DNA of 64,000 nucleotides from Albugo candida (Eukaryota): NCBI GenBank assembly GCA_040437565.1, contig JBDOQK010000064.1, positions 124,001 to 188,000 of the forward strand, read 5' to 3'. Shown piece by piece: positions 62,082 to 64,000 of this stretch (position 1 is its first letter; each line of letters starts with the position of its first letter). The notes under the pieces were generated by a model. It saw only the letters and a program-made list of their open reading frames with translations, ran no database searches and was not told where the DNA came from. The position numbers and the translations under genes were made by a program.

Positions 62082-64000
62082 TCATACGTAATACATGATG
62101 CTCCTAAAATTGTTGTGAACTTGCATTAGCCTCAAGTCAACCTCAGGCTCATTTTCTTCCCCAGAAATCGATGACATTGTGTCGCTGCAACCATCCGGAG
62201 TGAATATTCGGGCTCGGAAAGCCAGTAAATGCGAGTAGTATGGTGCTGGCACCATCGATACAGATCGAGTGCACCTGGCAAAAGTATAACATAATCGGTA
62301 AGTCAGTACTTGTAATTCATCAGCACTGAAGCCAATTTCATCCAGCAATACGTGGTAATGCGTTGGCCTACTAGTGCCCTGTATGCACCCATGGCTCATT
62401 AGATAAAAATCGTGCTCAAAAGGATGACAAATCTCAGTATCGACAACTGTGCCAGCTTTGACATTTCCACTACGATCGGTGTCCTTCTGATCCGAAGCAA
62501 ATAAGCGAGTATTGTGCCGTTTTTGAACGACTAAGAACGTTATTGCCGGCATGTAATCTTTCTCAAGCGATGCACAAGCTGCCCGTATGGCCGTCACTTC
62601 ATGATTTAATACCATTGAGAACTGTCCTTCGCTGACGCCATCACGATAGAACAGTAGTTGATTGGGTTTCACTCTCGACTCCTTGTAGAAAATCATGAGA
62701 AGCTCTTTTGCCATTTCTTGCAAGTTCATGATTTGTTCAACTCTGTGTCCTTGGACACGAAGAGTAGCCGCGTGCTTTATGCAATGACGATCCATAGATG
62801 CGATCACAGCTGCAATAGATGGTCGAGACCTCTCACTTACACCAGGGTGAGTTACATCAGCACCAAAGATGATCGTTGGCACTTCCGATACTTTCGGTAT
62901 AGGATCGCTAATGACCGCATTTTTCCCCCCAAGTTTCGTGTTGACTTTAAGTAGTATATTCGCGATGTATTGTGGACTCGCCCTGTCGATGTGCTTTGCA
63001 AGCATGCATTGAGAAGGAATTCCATTCTCGGATGTCCGACAAACGCTTTAATTCTCCGTAAACACCTGCATCTGCGGTCGAATTTATGAGCCAAATAATT
63101 TCGGCAGGGGCACGGAATGTTGTTTGCGCTTTATGAAGCGCATCCGGAAACAATTCGCGCACCGTAGAAAAGCGTTGCTGCTGCAATATAATGGGTGGAA
63201 TCTGTTGTGGCACCTGCATACCTAGCTGTCTCATCTGTTTCACAACTTGAATGAGAAACTTTTTGATCTGGTCGGGACTACAACGACGGGGATCGCACAT
63301 GCTTATCACAGCCCAGGACGTAAGATGAGCAGACTCGGAAAATGATTTGTTTTTCATTTTCCACGCCCCGTCACGGGGTCGCTCGGTTCCACGGGAGTAA
63401 GCCATTTCTGGCTCTGGGAGAATTCGAGCTTGAGCAGTAACCATCGTCGGGTTCACAGTGAGCCCCCACGCCTTCAGAACCGGATCACGACCAAAACCAA
63501 CATCGCGTACTTTCTGTTCAATTCGGTGCTTGCGATCGTCTGGTTTAGTACAAGTAAAACGGATCATATTTTCAACTTGTCTGTCTGTTATTTTTCGAGG
63601 TGTTTTCCGACCAGCAATGATGTGACAGACTTCCAACGGCAAATAATTTTTCTTGTTCATTGCACCAACGTGTAAACAAGGTAGTTCTGGATGCCGTAGC
63701 GACTTGTAGTTTTTTGCAAAATATGCTGCAACAGATAATTCCGAGCCAGAATCGTCGTCGAAGAATAAATCTCCTGCAGAAGCTTTTGATAGTCCATTGA
63801 CCCGAAAGGTACGCTTCATATCGCCTCGATGAGTTACATAAACTTTAAGGCCTTTTACTGCCTTCGAAAAAGCTAAAGTTTGTACTTTATTTAAAGTTCT
63901 TGGGAGCGTACGGTCTCTCTGATTCAGCGTTTCGATCAGAAAGTCTAATACACTCATCTCCTTCACAAACGCTGTAGCTGCCAAGTCCAAGTTTAAATCT
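62082..64000 (-). CDS. AGO1: Argonaute (PAZ-MID-PIWI), 5'-truncated by the window, with a single-base frameshift at ~63030
   Basis: PAZ (SVAAYF..LPCLHVG..YLPLEVC) and PIWI ([38 protein letters not shown]). Removing one base gives [16 protein letters not shown] and joins the two ORFs. Confidence 0.93.

Noticed and set aside
1-64000. CRISPR arrays, rRNA/tRNA genes, prokaryotic operons or defence systems
   Set aside because: No repeat-spacer array or structural RNA was recognised. The genes are eukaryotic with spliceosomal introns, and the Argonaute is of the eukaryotic AGO type.

Overview
This is eukaryotic, intron-sparse DNA from a draft scaffold, most likely an oomycete of the Albugo type (inferred from a CCG-type secreted effector, a PDR/ABCG transporter, centrin and compact genes with short introns). 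Most 100-N gaps are flanked by unmerged overlapping contig ends, which create false tandem duplications and split ORFs. Housekeeping-like blocks (1-5.2, 20-23.7 and 42-64 kb) contain a USP24/34-like deubiquitinase, a syntaxin ending in CaaX, a DUF4954-like gene, GID8, the ABC transporter, an AN1 zinc-finger protein, an NF-YB-fold protein, centrin, a C2 protein, an aspartic protease and a frameshifted Argonaute. They alternate with gene-sparse regions holding a multi-module CCG effector, a TIR-bounded MULE and Copia and LINE remnants. The most striking structure is a four-unit tandem array (about 25.6-42 kb). Each unit has the 3' end of the ABC transporter gene, an upstream region with conserved palindromes, and a putatively secreted pepsin-like protein that lacks the catalytic DTG motifs. 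Two copies are intact and two are pseudogenes, which makes this a candidate undescribed pseudo-protease effector family.
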